From contig JAZODJ010000026.1 in the NCBI GenBank assembly GCA_045597005.1, forward strand, positions 60,263 through 124,262: 64,000 nt of DNA, written 5' to 3'. Below, piece after piece: positions 1 to 9,883 of this stretch. Source of the stretch: Alphaproteobacteria bacterium. Lineage in GTDB: Bacteria > Pseudomonadota > Alphaproteobacteria > RF32 > CAG-239. Both the position numbers and the translations under genes were made by a program. The notes under the pieces are model-generated. The model did not search any database and had not been told where the DNA came from. It saw only the letters and a program-made list of their open reading frames with translations. Within the stretch, counting starts at the first letter, position 1. Each line of letters starts with the position of its first letter.

Positions 1-18
1 ATTAACAACATTAACAAA

Positions 19-336
19 ATGCATCAACTGTTTGAATTATATAACTTTTCAAACATATTTCCATTATTAAATTTAGGTACGACAATTGCATGTGAAGATG
101 ATTTCAATCCGTCAGAACTCCAAGATATCATAAACACATGCCAATATTTTCACATAACAGATTATGATGCTGAATTGAAAAAATTTGTTGTTATCGGCGA
201 AGGAAACGTTGAATATGATAATATAATCGAAAATAAAACCGACGATAGAAACTGCTTTCTATCGCTGGAACCCCACACCGGATATCCTGAAGATTTGCAA
301 ACATCATTAAATGTTCTTATCAGCTTGGAAGATTAG
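19..336 (+). CDS. Hypothetical protein, possibly a C-terminal fragment of an ORF that starts before the window. The reading frame is open back to position 1.
   Basis: Six-frame ORF track. No recognisable motifs. Confidence 0.35.
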   Translation: MHQLFELYNFSNIFPLLNLGTTIACEDDFNPSELQDIINTCQYFHITDYDAELKKFVVIGEGNVEYDNIIENKTDDRNCFLSLEPHTGYPEDLQTSLNVLISLED

Positions 337-886
337 CTTCAGCATCTAATGCATTAATTATATTATGTATTTTTTCAACATATACATCGTTGTGTTTTTT
401 AATATGCCTTTTAGCATATGCTACAAATTCATTTGATAACACACGATAAGATCTTTTGTTTTTATCATAATAACATGATGTCATTGCTGTCTCAAGCTTA
501 TCAATCAATCCTACAAATACAGCCTCTTTGCTGCTTTTATCATTGTATTCTTTGAGTAATTCACAAAGCTTCACCCAACCTATCTCAGTTGCTATTCGTG
601 AAGCAGCATTATCTTCAAGTTGATGCTTTTCGTCCTTTGAGATATCATCAAAAGGTGTAAAATCACCGGTATATATTTCCGCAACATCATGAATCAACGC
701 CAATTCTAAACACTTAAGCTTATCCAAACCTTTCGGAGCTAACATCGCCACCAAAAAAGCCACCCCAAATGAATGATCTGCATCAGATTCCGGCAGTTTT
801 ACATTGTTTTGCAACCATCCGCTACGTTTTAAATCTTTAAACTTCCCCAATAAATTTATTATATTGTTAATTTGCTCTATTTCCAT
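320..886 (-). CDS. HD-domain phosphohydrolase, YfbR-like 5'-deoxynucleotidase family
   Basis: HD motif ...ALIHDVAEIYTGDFTP... and a conserved H..H/D pattern. Length about 190 aa is typical of YfbR. Confidence 0.7.
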   Translation of the reverse strand: MEIEQINNIINLLGKFKDLKRSGWLQNNVKLPESDADHSFGVAFLVAMLAPKGLDKLKCLELALIHDVAEIYTGDFTPFDDISKDEKHQLEDNAASRIATEIGWVKLCELLKEYNDKSSKEAVFVGLIDKLETAMTSCYYDKNKRSYRVLSNEFVAYAKRHIKKHNDVYVEKIHNIINALDAEANLPS

Positions 887-2474
887 AATTTCTCCGCAAA
901 TTCGATGAATAAATCAGTTTTTTTGTATAAGAATGTTTAGGATTTTCAAATACTTTTTTAGCATGATTTAATTCAATTATTTTTCCGTCTTTCATCACAG
1001 CTATATCATCAGCCATAGATCTGACAGCTCTCATATCATGTGAAATAAATAAATAAGAAAGCCCCCTATCCTCTTGTATCTTCTGCAATAATTTTAATAT
1101 TTGAGCAGCTATTGTAACATCTAAAGCAGATGTTGGTTCATCCAGAATCAAAACTTCCGGCTCCACAGCTAAAGCCCTTGCTATTGCAATTCTTTGTCTT
1201 TGCCCGCCGGAAAACTCATGCGGATATTTCTCAAGAGCCTCTTCTTTTAACCCCACCTCTTGCAAAACTTTTTTTATCTTATCCAATCTATGAGCCTTAT
1301 CAATATTACTAAAATGCACTCGAACCCCTTCATCTATAATATCTGCGATTGTCATTCGCGGATTTAAAGAGTTAAAAGGATCTTGAAATACGATTTGTAT
1401 TTTTTTGCGCAAATCTTTATTTTTATACTCTTTTATTGATTTTCCAGCCAAACCTACATAACCATCACAATCATTTAGCCCGGCTATTGCAAAAGCCAAT
1501 GTAGTTTTCCCTGAACCTGACTCACCTACGATTCCTAAAGTTTTACCTTTTTTCATTTTTACTGACACATTATTAACCGCATACAAAAACTCTTTAATTT
1601 TTCCAAAAAAAGTTTTTGCTATCGGATATTTGACAATTAAATGTTTAACTTCGATAATATTATCGCATTTAACAACATTGCTATTGCTTTTCAAAACATT
1701 AGACGAGTAAATTAAAGCTTTAGTGTAAGCATTTTTAGGAGATTTAAAAATAGTATCCGTATCAGCTTGTTCAATAATTTTTCCGTTTTTCATAACTAAA
1801 ACACGATCTGCTATTCTTTTGATAATACTAAGATCGTGACTAATGAAAATAATTGACATATTAAATTCATTTTTCAATTTAACCAATAAATCTAATATCT
1901 GAGCTGCCACGGTAACATCAAGTGCAGTTGTCGGTTCATCAGCAATCAAAATATCCGGTTTATTTGCAATAGCCATTGCAATCATAACTCTTTGTCTTTG
2001 TCCGCCGGAAAGTTCATAAGGATATGCTTTATATCTTAATCGGGCATTCTTAATACCTGTAGTTTCAAGAAGTTTTATTGTTTCTTGTTTAGCTTGTTTT
2101 TTTGTCATACTTTGGTGTAATATCAATGTTTCTGCTATTTGATCACCGATACGATGTAACGGATTAAGACTGGACATAGGTTCCTGAAAAACAAATCCTA
2201 TTTTGTTACCTCTAAATTCATTAATATTCTTTGCATTCAACAATTCTTTTCCATTAAATTTTATCGAACTGTCTTTGCCATGAAAAGCCTTAGGATAAGG
2301 CAACAAACCCAATATTGACAATGCTGTCAATGATTTTCCGGAACCGGATTCACCTACAATTCCCAGAATTTCACCTTTATTCAAATCAAAATTAATACCT
2401 TTTACTACTTTATATTTATATCCGGATGTATGATGAAACCCCACACTCAAATTTTTTACTTCTAATAAAGGCAT
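867..2474 (-). CDS. yejF: ABC transporter ATP-binding protein with two fused ATPase domains, YejF/oligopeptide-microcin type
   Basis: Two Walker A motifs (GESGSGKS, GESGSGKT), two LSGGQ signature motifs and two Walker B motifs (ILIADEPTTALD, LILDEPTSALD). Confidence 0.85.
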   Translation of the reverse strand: MPLLEVKNLSVGFHHTSGYKYKVVKGINFDLNKGEILGIVGESGSGKSLTALSILGLLPYPKAFHGKDSSIKFNGKELLNAKNINEFRGNKIGFVFQEPMSSLNPLHRIGDQIAETLILHQSMTKKQAKQETIKLLETTGIKNARLRYKAYPYELSGGQRQRVMIAMAIANKPDILIADEPTTALDVTVAAQILDLLVKLKNEFNMSIIFISHDLSIIKRIADRVLVMKNGKIIEQADTDTIFKSPKNAYTKALIYSSNVLKSNSNVVKCDNIIEVKHLIVKYPIAKTFFGKIKEFLYAVNNVSVKMKKGKTLGIVGESGSGKTTLAFAIAGLNDCDGYVGLAGKSIKEYKNKDLRKKIQIVFQDPFNSLNPRMTIADIIDEGVRVHFSNIDKAHRLDKIKKVLQEVGLKEEALEKYPHEFSGGQRQRIAIARALAVEPEVLILDEPTSALDVTIAAQILKLLQKIQEDRGLSYLFISHDMRAVRSMADDIAVMKDGKIIELNHAKKVFENPKHSYTKKLIYSSNLRRNYGNRAN

Positions 2475-3508
2475 TACCTGCTTCTCCTTGTATCAAAAGC
2501 ATCTCTAATTCCTTCCCCTATAAACACCAACATTGTCAATAATGATGACAATACCACAAAAATAGAAATACCAATCCAAGGAGCTTGCAAATTATCTTTT
2601 CCTTGTCGCACCAAATCACCTAATGAAGGATATTCATATGATAAACCCAAACCCAAAAAGTCCAGTGCCGTTAATGCAACTATTGATTCCGATAAAATAA
2701 AAGGAATAAACGTAATCGATGCAACCAAAGCATTTGGCAAAATATGTTTAAACATTATTCTTACATCACTAACTCCTAAAGCTTTTGCCGCTTTGACAAA
2801 TTCAAAATTTCTGGTTCTCAAAAATTCTGTACGAACAACACCTACCAATGCGGGCCATCCGAAAAACAACATAATTAAAAGCAACAACCAAAAACCGGGA
2901 GCAAAAACACTTGCTACTATAATTAATATAAACAGTTGTGGCAAAGATTCCCAAATTTCTAAAAATCTTTGTATTATAATATCTGTTTTTCCGCCAAAAT
3001 ATCCCTGAACAGCCCCAACCATTATTCCCACAATCGATGATATAGCTGTTAATGTAAAAGCAAAAATCACCGATAATCTTATTCCATACAATATTCTGGC
3101 CAAAACATCTCGTCCTTCATCATCCGTTCCAAGCCAATGTTTTTTATCAGGAGATGATGGGGTTGGTTTGTCCAATTCATAATCAACAGTATTAAACGAG
3201 TATGGAATTATAGTAAACCAAACTTCTCCGTTATTTTTTATATTTTTTAGAATATATTCATCTTTATAATCTGTTTCTGTAGGAAAATCACCACCAAATT
3301 CTGTTTCATTGTAAGTACTAAAAATAGGAAAAAACCATTTATCGTTATATTTCAGAAGCAACGGCTTATCATTAGCAATAAATTCCGAAAACAAACTAAG
3401 AACAAATAAACAGGTAAATAGCAACAATGACCATTTTGCCCTTTTGTTTTTCATAAAAACACTTAATCGCCTTTTGAATAAAGAATCAGAAATGGCCTTT
3501 TTTTTCAC
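2474..3508 (-). CDS. yejE: ABC transporter permease, YejE-like of the OppC/DppC family
   Basis: Multi-TM protein with the EAA-like region ...ALGVSDVRIMFKHILPN.... Its start overlaps the stop of the ATPase gene. Confidence 0.8.
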   Translation of the reverse strand: MKKKAISDSLFKRRLSVFMKNKRAKWSLLLFTCLFVLSLFSEFIANDKPLLLKYNDKWFFPIFSTYNETEFGGDFPTETDYKDEYILKNIKNNGEVWFTIIPYSFNTVDYELDKPTPSSPDKKHWLGTDDEGRDVLARILYGIRLSVIFAFTLTAISSIVGIMVGAVQGYFGGKTDIIIQRFLEIWESLPQLFILIIVASVFAPGFWLLLLIMLFFGWPALVGVVRTEFLRTRNFEFVKAAKALGVSDVRIMFKHILPNALVASITFIPFILSESIVALTALDFLGLGLSYEYPSLGDLVRQGKDNLQAPWIGISIFVVLSSLLTMLVFIGEGIRDAFDTRRSR

Positions 3509-3528
3509 GGACCAACTCCTTTAACGAT

Positions 3529-6048
3529 TTAATTTTCAATAACTTTAACTTCTATATTCATAATATCTTCCCCTTTGTCAGCAGCCTCTTTCAAAGCTTT
3601 ACGATATTGTTTTTTCAGTTCTTCCGGAGAAAGATTATTACTTTCGACAACAGGAGCTTCTAATACTTTACGTAAATTATCATCCTTATAGTTGTCTTTA
3701 ATATTTTCCTCTTTAACAACTACATCATTTATTTGTTGTTCCAATTTTTGTTGTTTTTCTTTTATTTTTTGCTTAGCTGCAGAGATAGCATCTTCAATCT
3801 CATTATTAATATCTTCAATATCGTCTGAAATTGCTTCAGGAATAACCTCTTCTGCTTTTAATTCAATATCACTGACAGGCTTAACTTCATTATCAGTAAT
3901 ATCTTCAACATCAGCTACAATATCATTAACCTCATTTTCTTTTACTTCGACCTTCAACGGTTCAATATTTTCAATGATTTCTTCTTCTGCCGCTTGAATA
4001 TTTTCAACAGGGTTTAACGTCTCATCGTCAACCGCACTTATTGATTTCATTTTCTGTTCCGGTTCTTCTGCTATAACAGCAGGTACTACCTCGACCTTTT
4101 CAATCTTTTTAGGCTCATTGCTTGACATATTCAATTTAGCAATCGGATTTTCTTTCTTTTGTAGACCGAACTGATTATGAGCTTTCCACGCATCAAACCA
4201 TTTAGAAAAACTATTTCGAGCTGTTTCAATCTCGTGTTTTTTATATTTATCTTGTTCAATGGAGTTTCTGACCTCTTTCATAACTTTTTCGGTTGTTTTA
4301 ACTCCCTTAAATTCTTCGCAAGCCTTCTGTTTGAAGAAGTATGAAGATAAAATATCTTTTATATAACAAACACTATAATCAAGTTTTGATTTTTCTGAAC
4401 CGGCCGATCGTATAGCCAACGCAACTTGATTATTTTCTTGCATTTTACGATAAAAATCTCTTTCATTTTTGTTCAAACCCAAAGGATTATTTAATCCCTC
4501 TATAACAATGGTTGTATTTTCCAAATACCCTAATTTGTCAAGTTGCTGAACAAATTTTTCTAAATATCCATATAAACAACTGACTTGATCGGCGTATGCA
4601 CTTCTACGCTTATCTACTGGATTTTTAACAAAATTCAGCATTTTTTCACTTTGCCAATTTTCCATATTTTTTAATTGGCAAAATTCATCATAGATATATG
4701 TATCAGACGGAATATCAACAACGGCAAAATAAGCATTGTTTCCATTTTGTCTGTCAATATTATCAATTATTTGATCAAACACTTTAAATGAATTTATTCC
4801 ATACAGTTCATTAATTTCAAACCCAAATGGAACCAACGCCGGATTGATATACACGTATTCAAGCATTTTCAAAACAGGATTTATTGATGATACCATTCCC
4901 GTAGAATTAAGCCATTGAGCTGTTAACAATAATGTCTTTTGAATAACCGAAAATTGATTATCCAAACTTATCGGCATATTGACTTTTTCTTTACATGAAT
5001 TAACCGCAATTTTTCCATTAACATAACAAGTGTCAACACCTCTGCTTTGGTAAACATTAACACTATATCCGTCTTTTTTCAAAACATCATACAGCGAATT
5101 ATTTTTCATAAAAATTTTATCTTGTTGTAACGCCGTAAAATCAAAATAATCATTTTTAACCGTTGATGATGATATATGTGCCGTAACATCGTTATCACTA
5201 TTTGAATTATATGCAGAAATCAAATTCATAAACGGATTTTTAACATCCTTAACCAATGCATTAGGATATAAGATAAACCCGTTTTTACTATAAAAACCAA
5301 GAGCATTGTTAAATGCACTCTGAATGTTGATATGTTGTTTAGAACTCTCATACATCTTTTTCAGATTATTGGTTGATGTTAAATCATTAAAAGATAAAAA
5401 TACCAAATTTTTACCGGGTTTATCAGACCTTATACTGGAAGCCGAAGCTACTGTCCGAAAATATTTAGAACTTCCTCCCAAATAAGCTTCACTTAAGAGC
5501 CATCCTTGTAAAGCAACCAAACACAACATCAAGTAGAACAAAAATTGGCGTTTCAATAAATTTAAGAAAAACCAAGATATTAAAAACACCAAAACACCAA
5601 CAAGTAAAAATGAATATTCATACAATATTACATTTATATTTTCGCTGAAAATTCCCTGAAATAATACCAATAAAGCCGATTGTTTTTCAAACGTTGCAAA
5701 TTGATTTATCAAAGCTACAGAGGTTAAAGCAACAATAATCGCCAACAATACATTTTCCAAACTTCTGAAAAAAGACACAATAAACATCAACACAAAACTT
5801 ACTGCAAATATTGCAATATAGATATATTGAGCTTCAATATTCAACCAATTGGATGAAAACAATGAATAATTACCGGAATTAGCAAACAATGTAAAATCTA
5901 TGGAAATTACAGATGCCAAAATAAACGTTTTGACAATTAAATCAAACATATACTGCCAAAAAGTTCTGTGTTTTTTAGCTTTTTCAACCGTAACTTTTAT
6001 TTGCTTTGCCGAAAATTTACGCGGATCTTCCAGATGAATATCATCCAT
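3529..6048 (-). CDS. Membrane-anchored sulfatase/alkaline-phosphatase-superfamily protein (LTA-synthase/phosphoethanolamine-transferase-like) with a roughly 250-aa acidic low-complexity C-terminal tail
   Basis: An N-terminal polytopic membrane region is followed by a sulfatase-like central domain. The C-terminus is E/D/K-rich and coiled-coil-like (EDIEDINNEIEDA...). Confidence 0.55.
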   Translation of the reverse strand: MDDIHLEDPRKFSAKQIKVTVEKAKKHRTFWQYMFDLIVKTFILASVISIDFTLFANSGNYSLFSSNWLNIEAQYIYIAIFAVSFVLMFIVSFFRSLENVLLAIIVALTSVALINQFATFEKQSALLVLFQGIFSENINVILYEYSFLLVGVLVFLISWFFLNLLKRQFLFYLMLCLVALQGWLLSEAYLGGSSKYFRTVASASSIRSDKPGKNLVFLSFNDLTSTNNLKKMYESSKQHINIQSAFNNALGFYSKNGFILYPNALVKDVKNPFMNLISAYNSNSDNDVTAHISSSTVKNDYFDFTALQQDKIFMKNNSLYDVLKKDGYSVNVYQSRGVDTCYVNGKIAVNSCKEKVNMPISLDNQFSVIQKTLLLTAQWLNSTGMVSSINPVLKMLEYVYINPALVPFGFEINELYGINSFKVFDQIIDNIDRQNGNNAYFAVVDIPSDTYIYDEFCQLKNMENWQSEKMLNFVKNPVDKRRSAYADQVSCLYGYLEKFVQQLDKLGYLENTTIVIEGLNNPLGLNKNERDFYRKMQENNQVALAIRSAGSEKSKLDYSVCYIKDILSSYFFKQKACEEFKGVKTTEKVMKEVRNSIEQDKYKKHEIETARNSFSKWFDAWKAHNQFGLQKKENPIAKLNMSSNEPKKIEKVEVVPAVIAEEPEQKMKSISAVDDETLNPVENIQAAEEEIIENIEPLKVEVKENEVNDIVADVEDITDNEVKPVSDIELKAEEVIPEAISDDIEDINNEIEDAISAAKQKIKEKQQKLEQQINDVVVKEENIKDNYKDDNLRKVLEAPVVESNNLSPEELKKQYRKALKEAADKGEDIMNIEVKVIEN

Positions 6049-6123
6049 ATTGTTTTTCCTTCTCTTTATTGTGTTGTATTAAAAAGATAATAGAATATTA
6101 TATGATAAATATCTTTTTTAAAA

Positions 6124-6165
6124 CAAAATCCTCAGAGTTTGCACAACTTCTGAGGATTTTATCTT
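6124..6165 (-). terminator. Rho-independent terminator downstream of rpsD
   Basis: Hairpin aatcctcagag/tctgaggatt flanked by A and T runs. Confidence 0.6.
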
Positions 6166-6179
6166 CAAAAAAGCAATTA

Positions 6180-6791
6180 CTATCTTGAATAGAACTCGAT
6201 TACCAAGTTTGGTTCCATCAATGAAGCATAAGGAACATCTTCAAATTTAGGAACAAAAGCAAATTTAGCAACAGCTTTCTTAGCATCCAATTCAACATAT
6301 GAAGGAACATCACGTGAAGAAGATTCTAAAGAAGCTATAACCATCGGCAATTGTTTAGATTTAGTTCTAACTTCAATAACATCACCTGACTTCAACATAT
6401 AAGAAGGAATATTAACTTTCTTTCCGTTAACTGTAACGTGACCATGGTTTACAAACTGACGAGCAGCAAAAACTGTCGGAACAAATTTTGCTTTGTAAAC
6501 AATGTTATCCAAACGAGACTCTAAAATACCGATGAGGTTCTCAGCAGCATCACCTGAACGACGAATAGCTTCAACATAATATTTATGGAATTGTTTTTCA
6601 GAAACGTTACCATAATATGTTTTTAATTTTTGTTTTGCAGACAACTGTACACCGTAATCAGTAGGTTTTTTTCTTCTTTGTCCATGTTGTCCCGGAGCAT
6701 ATTCTCTTTTAGCAACCGAACTGTTCGGAGCGCCCCAAATAACGCCATATTGACGTTCTTTCTTTTTCTTTGCAGAAACAATACTCTTCAT
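6180..6791 (-). CDS. rpsD: 30S ribosomal protein S4
   Basis: Characteristic S4 N-terminus and S4 RNA-binding domain, 203 aa. Confidence 0.92.
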   Translation of the reverse strand: MKSIVSAKKKKERQYGVIWGAPNSSVAKREYAPGQHGQRRKKPTDYGVQLSAKQKLKTYYGNVSEKQFHKYYVEAIRRSGDAAENLIGILESRLDNIVYKAKFVPTVFAARQFVNHGHVTVNGKKVNIPSYMLKSGDVIEVRTKSKQLPMVIASLESSSRDVPSYVELDAKKAVAKFAFVPKFEDVPYASLMEPNLVIEFYSR

Positions 6792-7000
6792 TTTATTTTC
6801 CTTTTTTTATTAAATAACATTATTGTCCCGATAGTTTTGGCTTATCTAACCAAACGAGACGGTTGTTTCCGTCTTCATTCTCGGAAGTAAGCGCAATCTA
6901 TTACATTATTATTTCAAAATCAAGTCTTTTTTTACAATTTGACTGGATTTAAATGTATTTTTTTGCTATAAAAGGAACAAGAATATACAAAGGATAAAAA

Positions 7001-8773
7001 ATGTCATATAATGCAATGTTCGACGAAGCTCTTAATTTGTTTGATAACGGCGATTTTGAAAACGCTGAAATCATAGCTCGTCAGCTTATTGAAACAGCAC
7101 CTGATAATCCTGAAATACTTAACCTTATCGGTTTGATTGCTCAAGCTAAAGGATTGCATCATGAAGCATGCAGTTATTTTTCTGTCGCCTTAAGGCAAAA
7201 ACCCAATACTGCATCATACTTGTTTAATTTGGCATTTTCTCTTAAATCGTCTAATCAACTTTCAGATGCTCTTTTCAATTACAACAAAGTTCTGCAAATT
7301 GCCCCTCATATTAAAGAGACACACAATGAAATAGCCTGTATTTATGAACAACTAAATGATATCGACAAGGCCAGAATTCACTGGCAAACAGCCCTTAAAA
7401 TGGATCCCTCATATCTTACTGCAGAGATAAATTTAGCAAACAGCTACCGTGTAGATAATCCGCAAAAAGCCTCTACTCTTCTTCAAAACTTATCCGAAAA
7501 ACATCCTGACGAACCGGCCATATGGTATAATCTGGCTTGGTTAAATTATAACAACAAAAATTTCGAACAGGCAATACACCACGCTAAACAAGCAGAACAA
7601 TTATCACCTCTATCGGAACTTATAAAATATTTACTGGGAATTTGCTCTCTTGAACTGGACAACGAAAATGATGCAAAAAACTATTTCCTTTCTGCGGAAA
7701 TAATAAACCCTGATTACGTAGATGCAAAATTATGCATTGCCGATATATACAGTCGTAACGATGAATTTTTTGAAGCCGAAAAACGCTACAAAAGAATCAT
7801 AGAAATAGATGCAAAAAATTTTTCTGCGCATTGCAATTATGCCGAAATGTTGCATAGACAAAAACGACTACCAGAATCTTTGGAAGAATATCGTAAAGCA
7901 ATAATTATAAACCCTTTATCACCGGAAGTGAGTAACAACTTAGGAACAGTTCTTAAAGATTTACAAGAATATGATGAAGCTCTGGGGCTTTTTTTCAATT
8001 CATTATCATTAGATCCGAAATCTGAAGCCACTTCTGTTAACATTTGGGAAACGATTGTGCTTTTATCATCAATCGATGAAGAAAAGGCTCGCAAAATAGC
8101 TGATAATTGGCACAAATCATACCCTGACAACCCTTTTGCTAAATATGCAAAATCCGCAATGGAAGGAGACAATTTTGCACCTGCTGAAATTTTTACTGAA
8201 CAGTTGTTTGACAATTTTGCTGATAATTACGAGATGGTTATGCAAACTTTGGATTATTCAGCTCCGATGGCTATACGAAGAATTGCAGGACCTCTGGAAG
8301 GTCGTATTGTGGATTTGGGGTGCGGTTCGGGGCTTGTTGGTATGGCTGTTAAAAGCGATAAGAATTATCTCATAGGTGTTGATATATCATCAAATATGCT
8401 TTCCAAAGCATCCGCAAAAAAAATATATTCGGAACTTATAAAAACTGACATATTTAATTTTCTTTCTATTCGCAATGATTTTGAATGGATTATTGCTGCT
8501 GATGTTATGGGGTATCTGGGATCTCCGGAACAACTGTTTATCTTATGCAAAAATAAAAACATCATTTTCACAATTGAAAGTTCATATGACACCTCAACAT
8601 ACCAAATTCAATCCAACGGACGTTTTAAACACAATCCCTATTATATCGAAAATCTGTTGCTTAAAAACAATTTTCATAGTATTTATAAAGAAGAATTAAT
8701 TTTACGCACTGAAAACCAAATTCCGGTAAAGGGTTATATTTTTAAGGCTATAGGAGACAACAAAAATGGCTGA
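7001..8773 (+). CDS. TPR-repeat protein fused to a class I SAM-dependent methyltransferase domain
   Basis: An N-terminal array of about 34-aa TPR repeats. The C-terminus carries the SAM-binding motif VDLGCGSGLVG. Confidence 0.75.
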   Translation: MSYNAMFDEALNLFDNGDFENAEIIARQLIETAPDNPEILNLIGLIAQAKGLHHEACSYFSVALRQKPNTASYLFNLAFSLKSSNQLSDALFNYNKVLQIAPHIKETHNEIACIYEQLNDIDKARIHWQTALKMDPSYLTAEINLANSYRVDNPQKASTLLQNLSEKHPDEPAIWYNLAWLNYNNKNFEQAIHHAKQAEQLSPLSELIKYLLGICSLELDNENDAKNYFLSAEIINPDYVDAKLCIADIYSRNDEFFEAEKRYKRIIEIDAKNFSAHCNYAEMLHRQKRLPESLEEYRKAIIINPLSPEVSNNLGTVLKDLQEYDEALGLFFNSLSLDPKSEATSVNIWETIVLLSSIDEEKARKIADNWHKSYPDNPFAKYAKSAMEGDNFAPAEIFTEQLFDNFADNYEMVMQTLDYSAPMAIRRIAGPLEGRIVDLGCGSGLVGMAVKSDKNYLIGVDISSNMLSKASAKKIYSELIKTDIFNFLSIRNDFEWIIAADVMGYLGSPEQLFILCKNKNIIFTIESSYDTSTYQIQSNGRFKHNPYYIENLLLKNNFHSIYKEELILRTENQIPVKGYIFKAIGDNKNG

Positions 8774-9383
8774 TGAACTTATAGATATTTATGATTCTGA
8801 AATGAATTTGCTCGGAGTAGCTCTAAAAAGCCAAGCTCATCAAGAAGGTTTATGGCATAAAGCCGGACACTGTTGGATCATAACCGAAGATGGTAATATC
8901 TGGTTGCAACTTCGAGGTGCTGACAAACAATTATATCCTAATTTATTTGATATATCTTGTGCCGGTCACATTCAAGTAGGTGAAAATGCTAAACGAGGAT
9001 GTTTGAGAGAAATTGAAGAAGAATTAGGAATTCATCTCAAAGACGACGATTTAACTAAAATGTTTACCCATAAATTAATATTTGATACTCCTTATCATAA
9101 CAGAGAATTTTGTCCGACATATTTACACAAAACACAACTAAAACCTTCAGATTTAAAACTTTGTCCTGATGAAGTAGACGGTGTTTTCGAAGCAGATATA
9201 CAAGATTTGATAGATTTATTTTTCAACGAGGTAAAAAGTATAACCATAACCGGAATAAAAAGAACAAACAATAAATTAAACAGCCAAAAAATCAATATCA
9301 CTAAAAATGATTTTTGCCCTCATGGCGACAAATATTATCAGAAGGTATTTACAACAATACAACGGTTCATTGATAATCAATAA
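8766..9383 (+). CDS. NUDIX hydrolase
   Basis: Nudix box GHIQVGENAKRGCLREIEEELGI. Start overlaps the previous gene by 8 nt. Confidence 0.8.
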   Translation: MADELIDIYDSEMNLLGVALKSQAHQEGLWHKAGHCWIITEDGNIWLQLRGADKQLYPNLFDISCAGHIQVGENAKRGCLREIEEELGIHLKDDDLTKMFTHKLIFDTPYHNREFCPTYLHKTQLKPSDLKLCPDEVDGVFEADIQDLIDLFFNEVKSITITGIKRTNNKLNSQKINITKNDFCPHGDKYYQKVFTTIQRFIDNQ

Positions 9384-9388
9384 AAAAA

Positions 9389-9422
9389 CAGCCACTGAAA
9401 GGAGAAACAGTGGCTGTTTTTC
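9389..9422. terminator. Bidirectional rho-independent terminator
   Basis: cagccactg...cagtggctg hairpin between an A-tract and a T-tract, lying between convergent genes. Confidence 0.6.
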
Positions 9423-9425
9423 ATT

Positions 9426-9791
9426 TTAAGCGTTTGCAAAATCAGGTATTCCTCTTGCAACCGACGCACATAAACATTCATATCTTATTTTATACTCATT
9501 TAGATCTTTCTCAAAATCTTTCATATCAAAACCAGCCTTTATGTATGCATAAATAGCCACATCAACATAATGACTTTCAGTTTCATATGGCATCTTATTA
9601 GTTATTACGGCAACGGCTTTTGACGCATTAAATTTTATGATAACTTCTTGAAAGAAAATATGTTTTGTATTAACTTTTTCCCCTGTTCCGCAAGCCTCAA
9701 ACAATGCATCAAAAATCTGATTTTTTGACGTTATATCACCCTGCACTTCTTTAAGAAAACGCAAACTCTGTTCTTTACTTATTTTCATCAT
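9426..9791 (-). CDS. Hypothetical protein
   Basis: ORF of 121 aa with no recognisable motif. It lies directly downstream of the LRR protein gene and is probably co-transcribed. Confidence 0.45.
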   Translation of the reverse strand: MMKISKEQSLRFLKEVQGDITSKNQIFDALFEACGTGEKVNTKHIFFQEVIIKFNASKAVAVITNKMPYETESHYVDVAIYAYIKAGFDMKDFEKDLNEYKIRYECLCASVARGIPDFANA

Positions 9792-9883
9792 AATACCCTC
9801 CTCCGTATGAGGTTCTCTCTATATATTCAATATAGCACATTTTTAGTATTAAAGCAAGTCGTATGTAACAAAAATGTAACATT

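Noticed and set aside
1130-1312. Various 60-130-aa ORFs antisense to long confident genes, for example at 1130-1312, 2793-3008, 7837-8214, 20704-21066, 23111-23353, 29237-29637, 30586-31010, 35521-35846, 47839-48286 and 57232-57570
   Set aside because: All are embedded antisense in genes with strong domain evidence. They are expected by chance in AT-rich DNA and none has independent support.
3692-3997. Ser-rich 101-aa plus-strand ORF
   Set aside because: It is the antisense reading of the acidic low-complexity tail of the sulfatase-family gene and a compositional artefact.
6630-6890. Plus-strand 86-aa ORF overlapping rpsD
   Set aside because: It is antisense to a highly conserved ribosomal protein gene and is a low-complexity AT-rich frame. 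It is spurious.
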